From the IMG/VR virus record IMGVR_UViG_3300033074_001668: a DNA stretch of 20,000 bases; one strand, written 5' to 3'. The translations under genes and the position numbers were made by a program. The notes below the pieces were generated by a model that ran no database searches, was not told where the DNA came from, and saw nothing but the letters and a program-made list of their open reading frames with translations. The stretch comes from an uncultured virus (IMG/VR IMGVR_UViG_3300033074_001668) (lineage: Duplodnaviria; Heunggongvirae; Uroviricota; Caudoviricetes). This document shows positions 17,672 to 20,000 of this stretch, in pieces; position 1 is the first letter of the stretch, and each line of letters starts with the position of its first letter.

Positions 17672-18334
17672 ATGAAAGCGCAAATTAATGGAATCGAAAT
17701 TCCGTGGTCAGTAACTACATTAGAGCAATTACAACAATCTCCAGGTTTTATGGAATTATATTTACATTGTGAAGACGAATTAGAATTAATTGAAACATTT
17801 ACGAATGGGTTTAATTATCTAAAAGGTCAAATCGTTGAAATAAGTCTTACTGGATTTGGTAGAGTACCAGCTATCGTAACTAAAGTTAATGATAGAGATG
17901 AAAATGGTCATCTGACTTATGATATTGTAATTCTGCTTGGTGAAAGAAATAAGAGTGCAATTAGAAGTGAAGAAAGATACTTATGGAGATTTACAGAAAA
18001 AGCTGATGAAAATACTATTAAAAACTTCAATACTGTAATTGAAACTTTATTTAATCCAAATTATGGATATGATGAATTCTTCATTAAAGATTTTGAAATT
18101 GATACAATTTGTTATTTATCTGAAACTGCTATCGTAAGTTATAATTTGAATCAAATTAATCCTAAAAAACCAGATATTGGTAGAGGACTTGTTCGAAGCG
18201 AATTTATGAATTTTGGACTACCAAACAGAGGGCAAACTTCTAGCATAGTTAATGTAGATGAATGTCCTTTTACTGAGGGGAAAACTTTATCTGAAATATG
18301 TGGAAAAGAGGTTGATGATAATGAACATTACTAA
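17672..18334 (+). CDS. hypothetical protein
   Basis: 220 aa, AAGGA RBS. Confidence 0.7.
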   Translation: MKAQINGIEIPWSVTTLEQLQQSPGFMELYLHCEDELELIETFTNGFNYLKGQIVEISLTGFGRVPAIVTKVNDRDENGHLTYDIVILLGERNKSAIRSEERYLWRFTEKADENTIKNFNTVIETLFNPNYGYDEFFIKDFEIDTICYLSETAIVSYNLNQINPKKPDIGRGLVRSEFMNFGLPNRGQTSSIVNVDECPFTEGKTLSEICGKEVDDNEHY

Positions 18335-19364
18335 TGTACAAATAGAAAAGAAAATTATTTATAATCCGGATTCAAACGAAAGTTTGAATGATCGACGGGT
18401 TTTTGGTGGAAATAGTGATGGTATGATTAACTTCACTAAAATGAAATATCAATGGGCTTTAAATCTTTGGGATACTATGGAAGCAAATACTTGGTTCCCA
18501 AGAGAAGTTCAAATGACTGGTGATGCAAAAGATTATAAATTATTATCTGAACCAGAAAAGAGAATGTATGATTTAGTTTTAGCACAACTTATTTTTATGG
18601 ATTCATTGCAAACAAACAACCTTATGGATAATATTAATCCATATATTACTGCTCCAGAAATTAATGCTTGTTTAAGTAGACAATCTTATGAAGAAGCGAA
18701 TCACTCTAAATCATATGCAGTTATGGTTGAATCAATTTCTGATAATACTGATGAAATTTATAATTTGTGGAAAACAGATGAAAAATTAAGAGAAAAGAAT
18801 TCATTTATTGCTTATGTTTATTTAGAGCTATCTCGTGGTGAAATGATCAATGAAAAAATTCTATTAGCTTTATTTGCAAATCAAATTCTTGAGGGAATTT
18901 ATTTCTATTCTGGCTTTGCTGGATTATATGCTTTAGGTAAATCTGGAAAAATGCTTGGCTCTTCGCAAATGATTAGATTCATTCAAAGAGATGAAGTTAC
19001 ACACCTTTTACTTTTCCAAAACATGATTAATGCTACAAGAAAAGAAAGACCAGAATTATTTACAGCTGAGTTAGAAGAAAAAGTAAGAAATATGTTCAGA
19101 AAAGCAGTAGAGTTAGAATCTTCTTGGGGACATTATATTACTCAAAATCAAATCTTAGGATTAACTGATCCAATTATTACTCAATATGTTCAATACCTTG
19201 CAGATAAAAGACTTGAAGCAGTTGGATATAAAGCTGAGTACGGTGTTAAGCATCCTATTCCGTGGGTTGATGGATATTCTAGTTTTAATGATCAAAGAAC
19301 TAATTTCTTTGAAGGTAATGTAGTAAATTATTCAAAAGGGTCAATTGACTTTGATGATTTCTAA
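18321..19364 (+). CDS. nrdB: ribonucleoside-diphosphate reductase class Ia beta subunit
   Basis: [20 protein letters not shown] (radical Tyr), [20 protein letters not shown]...Y. Start re-called at 18321 behind GAGG. Confidence 0.96.
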   Translation: MNITNVQIEKKIIYNPDSNESLNDRRVFGGNSDGMINFTKMKYQWALNLWDTMEANTWFPREVQMTGDAKDYKLLSEPEKRMYDLVLAQLIFMDSLQTNNLMDNINPYITAPEINACLSRQSYEEANHSKSYAVMVESISDNTDEIYNLWKTDEKLREKNSFIAYVYLELSRGEMINEKILLALFANQILEGIYFYSGFAGLYALGKSGKMLGSSQMIRFIQRDEVTHLLLFQNMINATRKERPELFTAELEEKVRNMFRKAVELESSWGHYITQNQILGLTDPIITQYVQYLADKRLEAVGYKAEYGVKHPIPWVDGYSSFNDQRTNFFEGNVVNYSKGSIDFDDF

Positions 19365-19376
19365 AAAAGGATTAAT

Positions 19377-19598
19377 ATGGGAATTGAATGTGGTTGCGAT
19401 ATTAATAAATGTTGTCATGAAAATAAAATATTCAAAAAATATACTCCGTCAGAACCAACAGAGGACAATTTACCAATGTTTCCAAAAGATGATAGAGATG
19501 GAAATATGGGTCCAATTATAGCATGTACCATAAGCTTTGCAATAGTTGCTACAATTTGCTTACTGGTATTTGCATATCAATATGCAAAACAAGGATAA
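19377..19598 (+). CDS. small membrane protein, Cys-rich N-terminus
   Basis: AAGGA RBS; C-terminal TM helix. Confidence 0.65.
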   Translation: MGIECGCDINKCCHENKIFKKYTPSEPTEDNLPMFPKDDRDGNMGPIIACTISFAIVATICLLVFAYQYAKQG

Positions 19599-19601
19599 TA
19601 A

Positions 19602-19850
19602 ATGGCTTATCATCCAGATGATATGTATATAAATGATCATGATAAATTATGTGGTCGAAACCGAAATGTAAAATTTGGTGGGGAATGGGATTCCGAAATT
19701 AAATTGAAACGTAGAGCACCTAATCAACCAAAAAAAGTTTACTATGAACCAAAGTATCCAAACGAACCAACCGAATCTCTTCATCTTGGTGGAGTCTTTT
19801 TAAGCTTCGTTAGTATTATAATTATTGGTATCATAATATATAATATATAA
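19602..19850 (+). CDS. small membrane protein
   Basis: AAGGA RBS; C-terminal TM helix. Confidence 0.65.
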   Translation: MAYHPDDMYINDHDKLCGRNRNVKFGGEWDSEIKLKRRAPNQPKKVYYEPKYPNEPTESLHLGGVFLSFVSIIIIGIIIYNI

Positions 19851-19860
19851 AAGGATTAAA

Positions 19861-20000
19861 ATGAGTATTTTAATAGACGAATTTATAACAAAAACAAAAG
19901 AGTCGAATATAACAGAAGGAATCGATTTAGCTGATGGTGCTGGTACTAAATGGTATATAGCAAAACCATTATCTAAATCTTTAACCCCAAAAGACATATG
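19861..20000 (+). CDS. hypothetical protein, 3'-truncated by window edge
   Basis: AAGGA RBS then ATG at 19861, open to the end (MSILIDEFITKTKESNITEGIDLADGAGTKWYIAKPLSKSLTPKDI). Confidence 0.6.
   Translation, partial: MSILIDEFITKTKESNITEGIDLADGAGTKWYIAKPLSKSLTPKDI

Noticed and set aside
18258..18320. Longer nrdB N-terminus from the ORF track
   Set aside because: It overlaps the upstream gene by 77 nt; GAGG spacing favours the ATG at 18321.
780..19997. Antisense/shadow ORFs (780-1025, 5079-5264, 9729-10004, 10189-10374, 10789-10998, 15647-15913, 17231-17443, 19800-19997)
   Set aside because: They lie opposite better-supported genes and have no recognisable motifs.
1..20000. Stop-codon reassignment, tRNAs, CRISPR arrays, mobile elements
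   Set aside because: Known genes are full length in the standard code, and I saw no such elements by eye.

Overview
AT-rich, densely coding window that reads as part of a large (probably jumbo) tailed-phage genome. The host is probably Campylobacterota (Arcobacter/Sulfurimonas-like), inferred from Campylobacterota-type NrdA/NrdB and AAGGA ribosome-binding sites. Left (+): the C-terminal part of an NrS-1/D5-like SF3 primase-helicase, followed by a multisubunit RNA polymerase beta' subunit split into two genes. The most striking feature is that the beta' catalytic motif NADFDGD reads GGDSFTT, keeping only the first Asp, while the R425-equivalent, bridge helix and trigger-loop His are retained. 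Middle (-): an accessory operon with an HD hydrolase, hypotheticals, a GT-B glycosyltransferase coupled to a DegT-like PLP aminotransferase, and two paralogous secreted proteins. A divergent intergenic region (about 11970-12333) carries inverted repeats. Right (+): class Ia RNR nrdA and nrdB, separated by a 3.5-kb block with GNAT, NADAR, a Zn-ribbon protein and the anti-CBASS sponge Acb2. All family calls come from motif recognition by eye; no searches were run.
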